Of a stretch of DNA of 64,000 nucleotides, positions 63,162 through 64,000 are shown one piece after another. The notes beneath the pieces were generated by a model, which saw nothing but the letters and a program-made list of their open reading frames with translations, did no database searches and had not been told where the DNA came from. Position 1 is the stretch's first letter. Every line of letters begins with the position of its first letter. Source of the DNA: Candidatus Omnitrophota bacterium. GTDB lineage: Bacteria > Omnitrophota > Gorgyraeia > Aquiviventales > Aquiviventaceae. The stretch lies in contig JACPAY010000008.1 of NCBI GenBank assembly GCA_016180575.1, forward strand, positions 14,234 through 78,233. The letters run 5' to 3'. Position numbers and translations under genes: made by a program.

Positions 63162-64000
63162 TGCGGCGCATCATTGAGCTCAAGCACGTCAGGGCCAAGC
63201 GCCATGTTCAGATCCTCCTGGACGAGCTGCTGGACCGGCTGGAGGAGAAGCTGCAGCACTTCAGCGGGGAGGCCGTGTCCGTCCACGCGCTGTTCGAGGA
63301 AAACGGCAGCCACAAGCTGTACCGCACCGCGCTGACGTGCCACGTGCCGGGCCGCACCACCGTGGCGGCGCACGAGGAGCAGCGGGAGGCGGGGCTGTCG
63401 ATCCGGGAAGCGTTCAAGGAGCTTGAGCGGCAGCTGGAGAAGCAGAAGGCGGCCGTCCGCCATGAGCGCCTGCTCAGGCGGGTGAAGCGCGCTCAACGCG
63501 CCGCGCGAGGCCTGCTGTGGCTCGGCGCAGCGCTCGTCCTCGGAACGGGAATCGCCGCCGGCGAAGGGCCGGATGCGTCCTCCTCCCCGAAGGAGCGGGT
63601 GGCCGAGGCACTCCAGCTCATTGAGTCCGCCGACCCCTACCAGCGGCAGCTCGGCTTCCTGCGGCTGGAAGCGCTGCGCGACCCGAGCGCTGCCGACGCG
63701 ATCCGCAAGCACCTCGAGAGCAAGGATCCCGACCTGCGGGCCTACACGCTGCGGGCGCTGGCGGCCATGCAGGGCCCGGCGGCCATCCCGCAGCTGTTGC
63801 AGTCGCTGCGCGGGGACCGTCACCCCGCGGTCCGCCGCGCCGCGCTCCTCGGTCTTGAGCCGCTGCGCGAGCACGACCCCGAGCTCATCCCGGCGTTCAT
63901 CGCGGCGCTGCGCGACCGCCACCCGGAAGTGCGGCTGACCGCCGTGGACATCGTCAGCCGCATCGATCACGCGAGGGCCCGTGAGGCGATCTTCCTGCGC
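63161..64000 (+). CDS. HPF/RaiA-like N-terminal domain, one TM helix, then HEAT (PBS-lyase type) repeats; 3' end off-window
   Basis: Open frame from ATG 63161 (TGATG overlap with the pilin stop) to the window end; absent from the track because no stop is reached. IELKHV...LLDRLEEKL...VSVHALFEE...YRTALTCHVPG...IREAFKELERQLEKQK has the beta-alpha-beta-beta-beta-alpha pattern. Then LLWLGAALVLGTGIAAG, then repeats such as DPDLRAYTLRALAAM and HPAVRRAALLGL. Confidence 0.6.
   Translation, partial: MRRIIELKHVRAKRHVQILLDELLDRLEEKLQHFSGEAVSVHALFEENGSHKLYRTALTCHVPGRTTVAAHEEQREAGLSIREAFKELERQLEKQKAAVRHERLLRRVKRAQRAARGLLWLGAALVLGTGIAAGEGPDASSSPKERVAEALQLIESADPYQRQLGFLRLEALRDPSAADAIRKHLESKDPDLRAYTLRALAAMQGPAAIPQLLQSLRGDRHPAVRRAALLGLEPLREHDPELIPAFIAALRDRHPEVRLTAVDIVSRIDHARAREAIFLR

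Overview
GC-rich bacterial chromosomal segment (G+C judged by eye at roughly two thirds, not computed). It is almost entirely housekeeping. I can support about 70 protein genes and 2 tRNAs, all on the + strand. Many neighbouring genes share 4-nt ATGA/GTGA or 1-nt stop/start overlaps, so they read as long translationally coupled operons. The long minus-strand ORFs in the track have Arg/Pro/Gly/Ala-rich shadow composition and I reject them.

Gene blocks in order:
- rpmA(3' end)-obg-proB-proA-nadD-CNNM/CBS
- Zn-ribbon-rsfS-argS-short mfd-surA-pdxA-rsmA
- gatCAB-ctp-tsaD-mgtC
- a bactofilin::HTH gene plus a membrane-anchored HTH gene
- larB-cupin, then two tandem GspE-type ATPases, a GspG pseudopilin, a GspH/FimT-like pseudopilin and a TPR protein
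- polA-coaE-rho-rpmE-prfA-prmC-murA-rpsP-trmD-rplS-rnhB-yajQ
- a C1/glycine block: cyclodeaminase-like, folD, metF, gcvT, gcvH, gcvPA, gcvPB, lipoate ligase-like, Zn-ribbon, split MetE-like pair, panB
- a tetrapyrrole block: sirC-like, ccsA/hemX-like, hemA, hemC, tRNA-Arg, cobA::hemD, hemB, hemL
- rex-ubiE-polyprenyl synthase-tatA-Rieske-cytochrome b-pentahaem cytochrome c
- mnmA-larE-tRNA(CAT)-pilin-like, then an HPF-like::TM::HEAT protein running off the window

I see no rRNA, CRISPR array, transposase, integrase, phage gene or recognisable defence system.

The unusual content is non-coding:
1. Hairpins whose arms are built from tandem 7-8 nt repeats. Two of them embed the start codons of both pseudopilin genes.
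2. A ~65-bp hairpin repeat family: 6 full and 2 half copies, both orientations, placed exactly at gene boundaries.
3. A ~95-nt structured repeat (2 copies) with a compensatory base-pair change.
4. Paired GTATCnGATAC palindromes at two loci.
5. A conserved module immediately 5' of both tRNAs.

Other points worth a second look are a perfect 49-bp tandem duplication that frameshifts gatA, a minimal Mfd, a bactofilin fused to a DNA-binding domain, and an HPF-like/TM/HEAT fusion coupled to a pilin gene.

All product calls rest on motif and family recognition by eye. Coordinates of non-ORF features may be off by 1-2 nt.
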